From Octopus vulgaris (lineage: Eukaryota): a stretch of DNA of 64,000 bases. The first letter of the stretch is position 1. The number at the start of each line of letters is the position of its first letter. Below are positions 45,517 through 56,608 of the stretch, piece after piece. Location: NCBI GenBank assembly GCA_951406725.2, contig OX597830.1, positions 1,054,001-1,118,000 of the forward strand. Reading direction: 5' to 3'. The notes under the pieces were generated by a model that worked only from the letters and a program-made list of their open reading frames with translations, ran no database searches and was not told where the DNA came from. The position numbers and the translations under genes are program-made.

Positions 45517-46885
45517 ATGGACTATGACAACCCCTACCTGATGGGAGATACGGCTGCAGTTTTTGAGTCTTTAACAGACTTGTCTACGTCTGAGGAGGAG
45601 CTAGAAATAGCAGTGAGGAAAATGGATCAGAAGCTGGGTTATACCTATGCCGGTGTAACCAAGAAGGCGGAAGAGAAAGGGGTCGACATGGCCAAGTTGC
45701 CAAGTTACCAGAAATACATGAAAAAGGAAAGCGGTGAGGTGGAACTATCACCGACACCCAGGAGAAAAGAATGGTATGATAAGAGGACCATTGTTTACAG
45801 GGTGTGCGCAAACGAAAGGAAGAAGGTAGAAGTTGTATCCATGGAATGGATAGAGGAGGCCCTGCGAAGAACTGAGGAGGAAATAAATTTTCTGACTCGA
45901 GGATCCAAGTACGGGACCGTAGTTGTGCACTTTAAAAGTGAATCTGCAGCGAGGAAGATGGCAGCGAAGGCGGTGAAGTCGGAAAAGGTAACACTGTTAC
46001 CTACGTATTTAAACAGGAGGATTACACGAATAAGGGTGGAGGGAGTGCCACCAAACGTGGAGGCAGAATGGATTGTGGCGGCTGTGATCAGCGGCCACGA
46101 GGACGAAGTGGATATTCTCCATGCCTCGGTTAAGTCCGAGGGCTGGAGAGGCGTAACAGTGGAGCTGAACGTACAGGCAGAGACCGAGGTACTGGTGGAC
46201 CTGACGGAAAGCATCAGACTGGGAGAAGTGATCATGAGAGTGTGGGTGGAGGGCAGGGCTCCACGTTGTTACAAGTGTGGCCTGAGGGGTCACATAAGAG
46301 CCTTCTGCCCTCCCCCAGGGAAAGAAACGGATTCCGAACCAGAGAGAGAGAAGCAGAAACCAGAGGAGAAGGAAACAGAGGAAGAGAATACACAGAAATG
46401 GAAGGAAGCTGGAAGTAAGAGGAAGAGAAGAATTCATGGAAAAAGAAAATAATATGGAACTCCAATCTACCCCAAAACCACCCACACCCTCTGAGTCCCA
46501 CCCTATCCATGCAGACATTGAACCCACCCGCTCCCCCCCAACAAGAAAACAAAAGAAAAAAAAGAATACACATACACAAGAGATTGAAATCGAACCCAGG
46601 CCGTACATTTGTACTATGACTGAACAGAAAGAAGTTAAAAGTCTAATGGAAGAGTATAAATGGTATGATGTTGGAGAGACTAGGTATGCTGTGATTGAAA
46701 AGAAGAACATAGGTGAGTTTATGGGGAGGTGTGAAAGGGAGAATTGGGAGGTGAAAGATATAAGAATGAGCGATGAATTCGTGGAAAATATGGATGAGTA
46801 TTTCGGAGTAAGAATGGATATGGAATTTATTCGTATTGACAAAGAACATTCAAGTGACTATGAAAAACAAAGGACAGGTAAGTGA
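45517..46885 (+). pseudogene. L1/Tx1 ORF1-like nucleic-acid-binding protein, copy 1 (frameshift in A-run at ~46440)
   Basis: Near-identical to copy 3; the A-run after tgg is shorter than in copies 2 and 3 (could be a sequencing error). Confidence 0.85.
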
Positions 46886-48326
46886 TGCTGACGGACGGGG
46901 CCGTTGGTATCACTTTCATTTATCATTTTTCGTTTAACAATTCATGTTCATAAAGTTTAATTATAATGTTCTATGTCCCCATGTTTTGTAATGTCCCCCT
47001 CTTCGTTGGCCCCTTGTGGGTAATAAAAAAATAAGTTTATGTGGAGGAGGTCGAATCAGTGTTTGTGAATGGACGTTGCTGCTTTTTTTCTCTCATTGAT
47101 ATTTCTCTGTTGATGTAAAGATAAAGGAAAGTATACTCTGACTTGGTGTATACCTCAAAGTGTTATCATCTCAGAGTGTTGTTATAATTTTATAATCATA
47201 TGTTATGTATATGTTCTGCCTGTCTCTCTGTTTGTCTGTGTGACCGTGTGCTTGTATGTATGCATGTTACATATACAAATATTCTGGGATTGAACAAATA
47301 TGAAACAATAAGCGCGTGGATTTGATTCTATTCTATTTAGGTGATATTTTGGCTGATGTCATTGTTGAAAATCAAATATGTATCTATAGTAAACGGGATG
47401 AGTTGAGGGGAAGAAGTTTTAAAATAAGGCGTCACCCGTATGTTGAAATATGTGTTGTCTAGGGTATCAGATATGATATCTTTATATACATAAAACTGAG
47501 AATGTGTGTCTGTCTGTCTGTGTGTTACCCTAAAACTTGAGAACTACACAACTAATTTCATTCAAATTTTACACATGCCTTACTTAGGGTCCGGGGAGTG
47601 TCATCGGCAAACATTTTAAAAACTTTTTTCCCAGGGTGAGCCCACAGCAATATCATATCTTCTCCACTACGATTCCCTAAAACTTGAGAAATACACAACC
47701 AATTTCATTCAAATTTTACACATGCCTTACTTAGGGTCCATGTAGTTTCATGGGCAAACAAATGTTCAACTTCTTGCCTAGAGTGAACCCATAGCAATAT
47801 CATATCTTCTCCACTATTTCAGTATTACGTGTTAAAAGTGAAACAAAATCATTTCTCTATTTTATGTCAGATACTTTCACTTTAACAATAAAAATAATAA
47901 TAACAATTAAATTATATGTAGTAAGTAATAATTAAAATCAAACTAAAGTATAATATAATCGTAAAATAACAAAAGTAAAAATAGCAATTGGCATAAAATT
48001 GCATCAATGATTTGAACTTGAATAAGTGGTTTCACATGAATGGGAATAAATTAAAAATAAAATTAGCGTGCAGAAATGGAATAGTCCAGATGGATAATAA
48101 AAAATTAAATTAAAGAAAAAACTATTGTCTAAAAAGTATACAATGTAGAGAAAAAAGGTCGCGTTTTTTTTTTTGCGCTCTGTAAAATTCGGTAAAAAAG
48201 AACAAAAAGTGTTGTTGTTGTTGTGGAGGTTCTGAGCGGCGTTGACGCGGTTTCGCGTTTCGCTCGTTCAGCGCGTTACACTTTTTCTGTTTTGGCGGCC
48301 GTTTTCGGTCTGTCAGACAGAAGGAA

Positions 48327-49745
48327 ATGGACTATGAGTCTTTAACAGACTTGTCCACGACGGATGAGGAACTGGAACAGGCAATTGCAGTGAAGCTGAT
48401 GGAGGAAAAGGCTGGAGTTTTTGAGTCTTTATCAGACTTGCCTATGTCTGAGAAGGAGCTAGAAATGGCAGCAAGGAAATTGGAAGACAAGCTGAGTTAT
48501 ACCTATGCCGGTGTAACCAAGAAGGCGGAAGAGAAAGGGGTCGACATGGCCAAGTTGCCAAGTTACCAGAAATACATGAAAAAGGAAAGCGGTGAGGTGG
48601 AACTATCACCGACACCCAGGAGAAAAGAATGGTATGATAAGAGGACCATTGTTTACAGGGTGTGCGCAAACGAAAGGAAGAGGGTAGAAGTTGTATCCAT
48701 GGAATGGATAGAGGAAGCCCTGCGAAGAACTGAGGAGGAAATAAATTTTCTGACTCGAGGATCCAAGTACGGGACCGTAGTTGTGCACTTTAAAAGTGAA
48801 TCTGCAGCGAGGAAGATGGCAGCGAAGGCGGTGAAGTCGGAAAAGGTAACACTGTTACCTACGTATTTAAACAGGAGGATTACACGAATAAGGGTGGAGG
48901 GAGTGCCACCAAACGTGGAGGCAGAATGGATTGTGGCGGCTGTGATCAGCGGCCACGAGGACGAAGTGGATATTCTCCATGCCTCGGTTAAGTCCGAGGG
49001 CTGGAGAGGCGTAACAGTGGAGCTGAACGTACAGGCAGAGACCGAGGTACTGGTGGACCTGACGGAAAGCATCAGACTGGGAGAAGTGATCATGAGAGTG
49101 TGGGTGGAGGGCAGGGCTCCACGTTGTTACAAGTGTGGCCTGATGGGTCACATAAGAGCCTTCTGCCCTCCCCCAGGGAAAGAAATGGATCCCGAACCAG
49201 AGAGAGAGAAGCAGAAACCAGAGGAGAAGGAAACAGAGGAAGAGAATACACAGAAATGGAAGGAAGCTGGAAGTAAGAGGAAGAGAAGAATATGTGGAAA
49301 AAAAGAAAATAATATGGAACTCCAATCTACCCCAAAACCTCCCACACACTCTGAGTCCCACCCTATCCATGCAGACATTGAACCCACCCGCTCCCCCCCA
49401 ACAAGAAAACAAAAGAAAAAAAAGAATACACACACACAAGAGATTGAAATCGAACCCAGGCCGTACATTTGTACTATGACTGAACAGAGGGAAGTTAAAA
49501 GTCTAATGGAAGAGTATAAACGGTATGATGTTGGAGAGACTAGGTATGCTGTGATTGAAAAGAAGAACATAGGTGAGTTTATGGGGAGGTGTGAAAGGGA
49601 GAATTGGGAGGTGAAAGATATAAGAATGAGCGATGAATTCGTGGAAAATATGAATGAGTATTTCGGAGTAAGAATGGATATGGAATTTATTCGTATTGGC
49701 AAAGAACATTCAAGTGACTATGAAAAACAAAGGACAGGTAAGTGA
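48327..49745 (+). CDS. L1/Tx1 ORF1-like protein, copy 2 (472 aa, intact)
   Basis: RRM-like GTVVVHF and RIRVEGVP; CYKCGLMGHIRAFC knuckle; basic W...KRKRR; duplicated N-terminal ESL.DL...ELE motif. Confidence 0.85.
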   Translation: MDYESLTDLSTTDEELEQAIAVKLMEEKAGVFESLSDLPMSEKELEMAARKLEDKLSYTYAGVTKKAEEKGVDMAKLPSYQKYMKKESGEVELSPTPRRKEWYDKRTIVYRVCANERKRVEVVSMEWIEEALRRTEEEINFLTRGSKYGTVVVHFKSESAARKMAAKAVKSEKVTLLPTYLNRRITRIRVEGVPPNVEAEWIVAAVISGHEDEVDILHASVKSEGWRGVTVELNVQAETEVLVDLTESIRLGEVIMRVWVEGRAPRCYKCGLMGHIRAFCPPPGKEMDPEPEREKQKPEEKETEEENTQKWKEAGSKRKRRICGKKENNMELQSTPKPPTHSESHPIHADIEPTRSPPTRKQKKKKNTHTQEIEIEPRPYICTMTEQREVKSLMEEYKRYDVGETRYAVIEKKNIGEFMGRCERENWEVKDIRMSDEFVENMNEYFGVRMDMEFIRIGKEHSSDYEKQRTGK

Positions 49746-50028
49746 TGCTGACGGACGGGGCCGTTGGTATCGCTTTCATTTAATCATTTTTTTCGTTTAA
49801 CAATTCATGTTCATAAAGTTTAATTATAATGTTCTATGTCCCCATGTCTTTTATGTTGTCCCCTTAGTGGGTAATAAAAAGAGATGGATAATAAAAAATT
49901 AAATTAAAGAAAAAACTCTGTGTCGCGTTTTTTTGCGCTCTGTAGTGGGTAATAAAAAATCAGCTCGTTTCAGCGCGTTACACTTTTTCTGTTTTGGCGG
50001 CCGTTTTCGGTCTGTCAGACAGAAGGAA

Positions 50029-51393
50029 ATGGACAACCCCTACCTGATGGGAGATACGGCTGCAGTTTTTGAGTCTTTAACAGACTTGTCTACGTCTGAG
50101 GAGGAGCTAGAAATAGCAGTGAGGAAAATGGATCAGAAGCTGGGTTATACCTATGCCGGTGTAACCAAGAAGGCGGAAGAGAAAGGGGTCGACATGGCCA
50201 AGTTGCCAAGTTACCAGAAATACATGAAAAAGGAAAGCGGTGAGGTGGAACTATCACCGACACCCAGGAGAAAGGAATGGTATGACAAGAGGACCATTGT
50301 TTACAGGGTGTGCGCAAACGAAAGGAAGAGGGTAGAAGTTGTATCCATGGAATGGATAGAGGAAGCCCTGCGAAGAACTGAGGAGGAAATAAATTTTCTG
50401 ACTCGAGGATCCAAGTACGGGACTGTAGTTGTGCACTTTAAAAGTGAATCTGCAGCGAGGAAGATGGCAGCGAAGGCGGTGAAGTCGGAAAAGGTAACAC
50501 TGTTACCTACGTATTTAAACAGGAGGATTACACGAATAAGGGTGGAGGGAGTGCCACCAAACGTGGAGGCAGAATGGATTGTGGCGGCTGTGATCAGCGG
50601 CCACGAGGACGAAGTGGATATTCTCCATGCCTCGGTTAAGTCCGAGGGCTGGAGAGGCGTAACAGTGGAGCTGAACGTACAGGCAGAGACCGAGGTACTG
50701 GTGGACCTGACGGAAAGCATCAGACTGGGAGAAGTGATCATGAGAGTGTGGGTGGAGGGCAGGGCTCCACGTTGTTACAAGTGTGGCCTGAGGGGTCACA
50801 TAAGAGCCTTCTGCCCTCCCCCAGGGAAAGAAATGGATCCCGAACCAGAGAGAGAGAAGCAGAAACCAGAGGAGAAGGAAACAGAGGAAGAGAATACACA
50901 GAAATGGAAGGAAGCTGGAAGTAAGAGGAAGAGAAGAATATGTGGAAAAAAAGAAAATAATATGGAACTCCAATCTACCCCAAAACCTCCCACACCCTCT
51001 GAGTCCCACCCTATCCATGCAGACATTGAACCCACCCGCTCCCCCCCAACAAGAAAACAAAAGGAAAAAAAGAATACACACACACAAGAGATTGAAATCG
51101 AACCCAGGCCGTACATTTGTACTATGACTGAACAGAAAGAACTTAAAAGTCTAATGGAAGAGTATAAATGGTATGATGTTGGAGAGACTAGGTATGCTGT
51201 GATTGAAAAGAAGAACATAGGTGAGTTTATGGGGAGGTGTGAAAGGGAGAATTGGGAGGTGAAAGATATAAGAATGAGCGATGAATTCGTGGAAAATATG
51301 GATGAGTATTTCGGAGTAAGAATGGATATGGAATTTATTCGTATTGACAAAGAACATTCAAGTGACTATGAAAAACAAAGGACAGGTAAGTGA
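50029..51393 (+). CDS. L1/Tx1 ORF1-like protein, copy 3 (intact)
   Basis: ATG at 50029; CX2CX4HX4C at 50773-50814; AATAAA at 51536. Confidence 0.85.
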   Translation: MDNPYLMGDTAAVFESLTDLSTSEEELEIAVRKMDQKLGYTYAGVTKKAEEKGVDMAKLPSYQKYMKKESGEVELSPTPRRKEWYDKRTIVYRVCANERKRVEVVSMEWIEEALRRTEEEINFLTRGSKYGTVVVHFKSESAARKMAAKAVKSEKVTLLPTYLNRRITRIRVEGVPPNVEAEWIVAAVISGHEDEVDILHASVKSEGWRGVTVELNVQAETEVLVDLTESIRLGEVIMRVWVEGRAPRCYKCGLRGHIRAFCPPPGKEMDPEPEREKQKPEEKETEEENTQKWKEAGSKRKRRICGKKENNMELQSTPKPPTPSESHPIHADIEPTRSPPTRKQKEKKNTHTQEIEIEPRPYICTMTEQKELKSLMEEYKWYDVGETRYAVIEKKNIGEFMGRCERENWEVKDIRMSDEFVENMDEYFGVRMDMEFIRIDKEHSSDYEKQRTGK

Positions 51394-51711
51394 TGCTGAC
51401 GGACGGGGCCGTTGGTATCGCTTTCATTTTATCATTTTTTTTCGTTTAACAATTCATGTTCATAAAGTTTAATTATAATGTTCTATGTCCCCATGTTTTG
51501 TGATGTCCGCCATTCTTCGTAGCCCCTTAGTGGGTAATAAAGAAATACGCGTTTTTTTGCGCTCTGTAAAATTCGGTTAAAAAAGAAAAAACAACAAAAA
51601 GTGAATTGTGGTTGCGGAATTGGAACGTCGGTTGGTGCGGTTTCGCGTCGCACTGGTTCTGTGCGTCGCACGTTTTCTGTTCGGGAGGCCGTTTTTCGGT
51701 CTGAGGCGACT

Positions 51712-53076
51712 ATGAGCCGCCTCTACCAAACGGATGAGATGGAAGGGAGAAATTTCTCTGAAAATTCGTCGACATCTGAGGAGGAGTTGGCGGTGAAAAA
51801 AATGGAAAGCACCTATGCAGGTATAACGAAGAAGTCAACAGAAAAAGAGATAGACCTGGCTAAGTTGACGGACTTCCAGGAGTTCATGAAGGAGGAGGAG
51901 AACGGAGAGGTTGAGCTGTTGCCTCTAGCAGGGCGCGGAGACTGGTTCCGTCGTAGAACCATTAAATATAAAGTATTTATGAATGGAGGTAGAAAAATGG
52001 AAGTGATTAACATGGAAGCAATTGAAGAGGCTTTCAAACGGACAGGAGAAGAAATTGTGTACATGACAAAAGGATTAGAATATGGAACCATAACGGTACA
52101 ATTTAAAAGTGAGAAAGCAGCCAGGAATATAGCAGCCAAGGTGGTGAGTACAGAAAAGTTTTACTTGTTCCCCTCGTATTTGAATAGAAGGACCACCAGA
52201 ATTAGGGTGGAAGGAATACCTCCACACCTAGAGGGCGAATTAATAACGGCTGCGGTTATCAAAGGAAATGAAGATAAAGTGGACATCCTCCACGCCATTA
52301 TGAAATATGAAGGCGTGAGAGGTGCCACACTAGTAATGAACATACAGACGGAGACGGAAGTTATAGAAAAGCTTACGGACAGTATAAAAACTGGAAATAT
52401 TATTATGAGAGTGTGGGTGGAGGGTAGGGCACCCAGGTGCTACAGGTGTGGCCTGAGGGGTCACATAAGAGCCTACTGCCCTCCCCCACCAAAGGAAAAA
52501 GAAAAGGAAATCGTCGCGGAAGCCCCAAAAGAGGAAGAAACAAAAGAGAACCAAAGGGAAAAAGAAACGACAGAAGAAGAGGAGATGCAACAAGAGTGGG
52601 AAGAAGGAAGAAAAAAGAGAAAAAGAAAGAAAAAGAAAAACTGTGCGAAGCCCCAACCCACCCCAACACCACCCGCACCCTCTGAATCCCACCCTTCCCC
52701 TGCAGACAGTGAACCCACCCGCTCCCCTCCAACAAGAAAACAAAAGAAAAATAACAATACAGACAGACAAGAGTTTGAAAACGAACCCAGGCCGAACATT
52801 TATATTGTGACTGAACAGAAAGAGGTTGAAAGGGTAATGGAGGAGTATGAATGGTATGAAATGGATGGGACCAGATATGCAGTGCTGGAAAAGAAGAATA
52901 TAGATGAGTTTGTGTTGAGGTGTGAAAGGGAGAATTGGGAGGTGAAAGATACAAGAATGAGCGATGAATTCGTGGAATATATGGAGGACAGTTTCGGAGT
53001 AAGAATGGATATGGATGGTCTTCGTATTGGGAATGAACATTCAGGTGATAGTGAAAACAAAAGGACAGGTAAGTGA
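51712..53076 (+). CDS. L1/Tx1 ORF1-like protein, copy 4 (diverged, intact)
   Basis: ATG at 51712; colinear with copies 1-3; CYRCGLRGHIRAYC; same stop context and 3' tail. Confidence 0.85.
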   Translation: MSRLYQTDEMEGRNFSENSSTSEEELAVKKMESTYAGITKKSTEKEIDLAKLTDFQEFMKEEENGEVELLPLAGRGDWFRRRTIKYKVFMNGGRKMEVINMEAIEEAFKRTGEEIVYMTKGLEYGTITVQFKSEKAARNIAAKVVSTEKFYLFPSYLNRRTTRIRVEGIPPHLEGELITAAVIKGNEDKVDILHAIMKYEGVRGATLVMNIQTETEVIEKLTDSIKTGNIIMRVWVEGRAPRCYRCGLRGHIRAYCPPPPKEKEKEIVAEAPKEEETKENQREKETTEEEEMQQEWEEGRKKRKRKKKKNCAKPQPTPTPPAPSESHPSPADSEPTRSPPTRKQKKNNNTDRQEFENEPRPNIYIVTEQKEVERVMEEYEWYEMDGTRYAVLEKKNIDEFVLRCERENWEVKDTRMSDEFVEYMEDSFGVRMDMDGLRIGNEHSGDSENKRTGK

Positions 53077-53225
53077 TGCTGGCGGAGGGGGCCGTTAGCA
53101 TCGCTTTCATATTATCATTTTTTCATTTTCATTTGCTCATAAATTTAATCATATTGTTCTATGTCCCCCATGTTTTGTTATGTCCGCCATTCTTCGTAGC
53201 CCCTGGTGGGTAATAAAGAAATAAC

Positions 53226-53510
53226 ATGGAGGAAAGCACATTCGAAAAGTGTCTTGGTGCGACTATGAAAGGTATCTAATCAGAGGCGGTAAATTCACCA
53301 CAATAGAAGCAAGGTTCGAGTCAACGGAGCGTGCAAGGGAATACTCGACTCGAATTTGCAAAGTGGAAATATTTTATTTTTACGTAGGACGTCCCGGATA
53401 AAAATTAAAAATATCCACCCTGAAGTAGAGGTAGGCTGGATTATAGCCACACTTCTATACAAGAGGGAGGACAAGATACAATTGATCGAAATTACAAGAG
53501 ACGGGCTAAC
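53226..53510 (+). pseudogene. Relic of a more distant ORF1-like paralogue
   Basis: RRTSRIKIKNIHPEVEVGWIIATLLYKREDKIQLIEI aligns by eye with RRITRIRVEGVPPNVEAEWIVAAVISGHEDEVDIL. Confidence 0.65.
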
Positions 53511-53653
53511 AATTCCAGTCTGTTATATATTTTGAGTATTGTTATCACTAGCGATATCAAGATATAACTTTGTATTTTGTATTGTATGTGTAGATGTATA
53601 TATATAGATGTACATGTAATATGTACACATATATATACACATATATACATGCA

Positions 53654-53693
53654 CTAGCACTATGACCCGGCAACGACGGGTCTTTAATGCTAG
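53654..53693. mobile_element. Helitron-like 3' terminus (GC hairpin + CTAG|T)
   Basis: gacccg gcaacga cgggtc hairpin with CTAG 6-7 nt away on both sides. Confidence 0.55.
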
Positions 53694-53789
53694 TTGTTAA
53701 TAAATCTAAAGTATGGAATTCATGACAAATACCCTGAAGTAATCAAAATGTGATAAAAAGAGAATTAGTTAAGTTAATTTTTTGGCTCA

Positions 53790-54260
53790 AAAAGCAAAAA
53801 GCAAGGCCATGTAGGGGGACATGGAGTTATGTACAAGGTGGCGTTCATGCAAAGAGTTCAGGCCATTTCTGGTCAAGGGAGACTTTTAACCGAGCGGTCG
53901 TCGGCATTTTCACTATCTCGTCCGGCAGCTTATTCCACGAATCCGCAACACGGACGAAGAAAGCCCCTCTCCTTCGATTGAGATGAAATCGTCGCAGATA
54001 GAGCTTTTCGGAATGACCCCGCAGCCGACGCTTTGGAGCAGGAGTGAAGAACAGCTCTTTCGAGAGGTTACACTTTCCGCTTATGATGTGAGCGAGAATG
54101 AGGTCACCACGGCGTCGTCGTTTTTCGAGAGAATAAAGGTCGAGCGCCTTCAGCCTTTCTTCATAAGACAAATGCTTGAGACCAAGAACCATGCGGGTAG
54201 ACAGCTTCTGGACTCTTTCGAGATGCTGTATGTCTTTGAGGAGATAAGGAGAAGAGGATT
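53790..54260 (-). mobile_element. CR1-group LINE 3' fragment (another family)
   Basis: GLKHLSYEERLKALDLYSLEKRRRRGDLI...FFVRVADSWNKLP. Confidence 0.85.
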
Positions 54261-54794
54261 GAAAGGAATCTCATCAATGTAGAATCGTTTAATTGGAAGC
54301 TTCTGGTTTACATTTTTTTGAATATCAGATTTCTCACATTTCTGAACATTGTTTCGTTGTTTCTTAGCATTGAGTAAGTATCCGACCAACAACTCATAAT
54401 TATGAGGATCATAAATTTTTGTATATTAAAGTCTATATCTCTATATTCTTAAACATACCAGGCTACGTTGATAACTGCGCTGTGTGATTCGAGGGAGATA
54501 TTTTATTGCTATTTGTTGCAGGTTTTTACATTTCTTTCGTTGTAGATGGGTTGCATGTGGCAAGTGTTACTGTTTAAGATTCTTTGTGGGTTGCTTTTAC
54601 GAATTGGTTCTAGTTTTTAATGGAAAACAATGTCTTAGAACTTCCAGAGTTGCAAGATTTCCGGTCTATGCAGCAATTCCAAAGAATATTGATTTCCTAA
54701 TGTTTGTTTGGTATTCGAAATATGTGAATTCCTTCTTAGATATTTGTTCAATGGCAAATATTTTTTCTAGATTGCTTTAGGCTTTTTACTTGCT

Positions 54795-54851
<57 letters not shown>

Positions 54852-55357
54852 CTCAAGATCATATTTTCACTGTGAGCCACGATCCAGTCTGTTAAAGCAT
54901 CTACAAACTTCGTTTCATGTTGATAGCTTTGGAGCTGTATAGATTTCTAATATTCATCTTGAAACTTGTATCTCCACTACTTTTAGTGGCTTGTTTTTAT
55001 TTTCATTTCCTTTCTCGTTGTTCACATCAGCAATATTTTCTTTCATTCACCTCTCAGTATTAGATGCTTGCACCAATCATATTTCGTTTTTTAAGTGCTA
55101 CATAGCAATTTATTTTCACATGTTTCACGTTACATCGATTTTGTCTGCAAAATATATAATTTCCCATTTAAAAAAAAATGTTTCCCGATGTACATGCAAC
55201 TTTACAAAAATCAGGTCATATTGCCCAGCATATTTGTAATCCTCTTCATTAAGTATATTTATTATAAAACTCCTGAGCATTGACTTTGTAAAATTGATTG
55301 TTGTAATGCATTTACGATTTTGAAGAAATGTAAATGAAAACATTCCCTAAGAATCCA

Positions 55358-56608
55358 TTACATAACAATCCCCATGATTTGGTGGTCTCGTGTCCAAGCA
55401 GGGCTGCGCATCGTATCAATTCTACAGTCTTCTTCAAGCTTCAGGGCAACATACCCATGCATTGTCTTTTGTATGCTGAGTGCTTTACATCCAGATCTTC
55501 TCTGAGGTAAGAGAACGCAGCTGTTTGGGGCTGAGATCCTCAGGAAGAGTTTGGTCCTCGAGGAGTTCACTGCCAACACGTGCAAGATGTTGTTCACTTC
55601 ACTATTCACTACTGCATTTATATATTTATTTTTGCTGCTGTTGTTTAACAGGTGCTGCCTGAGTGTTACCATACGGCATTCAAAGGCCGTCTGCACTGAT
55701 CTCCGTCTTCTACCACCTTCATTTCCTTTTAGGTTGAGTATGTCAACATCAGTGTTTCTGGAAGTTCCCAGTTGTTGCCAGGAAGTTGCGGATTTTGATA
55801 TCTATGGATTGGATTTCCTCTACAGCCTAATACAGTATCCCAAATGTTGGGGTCAGCATTGGTACTGCAAATGCATTGTGGGATATTGTTTTGTTGTAAG
55901 AGGAGAGTTCCGACTGCCATATTTTCCTTAGTCTGATGTAATATTCTTGGGTCACTGTCTCTATTCACAGTGCCTTCATATGATACATTTCCCTCTATGC
56001 CTAGGTACGGCCAGTCTTTCCACAAATACCTGTTGGAGAACTGGAAACGCTACTTAGATGATTGCCTCATCCTATGGTCCCACACACTCAACCAACTTAT
56101 TCTTTGTGTAGAATGGGGGAGATAGAGAGACCGTCGATGCCCAGGGTTTGGGTTTGTGGAAACAACTTTCCTCGTTCTATAACCAAATATGAACATTTCT
56201 TTTGGCCAAATTCCTTGCCTATATCAGCTGAAAATGTTGATATTAATTCCAATTGTTTTTGGCATTGTTAACACCTTTGGCATAAATCTTCAGGTCGTCT
56301 ACAAAGAAATTATGAGTTCCATTGATATTCCAGGTAGTTGAAGATCCTAGCATGTAACCATTTGTTTTCTTCAGTAGGAACGATAATGGATTCAGTGCCA
56401 AAATAAAAAGAAGTACAGAACGACTATTTCCCTTGAATATTCCCTTTGTAATGCCTATACTATCAGAAACAATTATTCTGTTCTCAGTTGTAAGGGTAAG
56501 AAAAGTTGTCCATGTCTTTGTGAGTCTTTCTATAGCAGCAATTAAGGCTGTATGTACCTTTGCCAGATGTAGGCACTTCGACAGCCATGAATGAGGGATA
56601 GAATAGAA
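55358..56608 (-). mobile_element. Decayed R4/Dong-like non-LTR RT fragment
   Basis: YSIPHSWL, GIFKGNSRSVLLFILALNPLS, HNFFVDDLKIY; many stops and frameshifts. Confidence 0.75.

Larger units (their letters stand above)
44229..49882 (+). repeat. Tandem duplication, offset 2806 bp (44229-47034 and 47035-49882)
   Basis: gtttatgtggaggaggtcgaatc at 44229 and 47035; the upstream ~1.3 kb is almost identical. Confidence 0.95.

Noticed and set aside
45584-53110. Antisense ORFs over the ORF1-like genes
   Set aside because: Shadows of purine-rich sense coding; no motifs
54260-54800. Possible further TE coding relic on - strand next to (TA)n
   Set aside because: No diagnostic motif recognised
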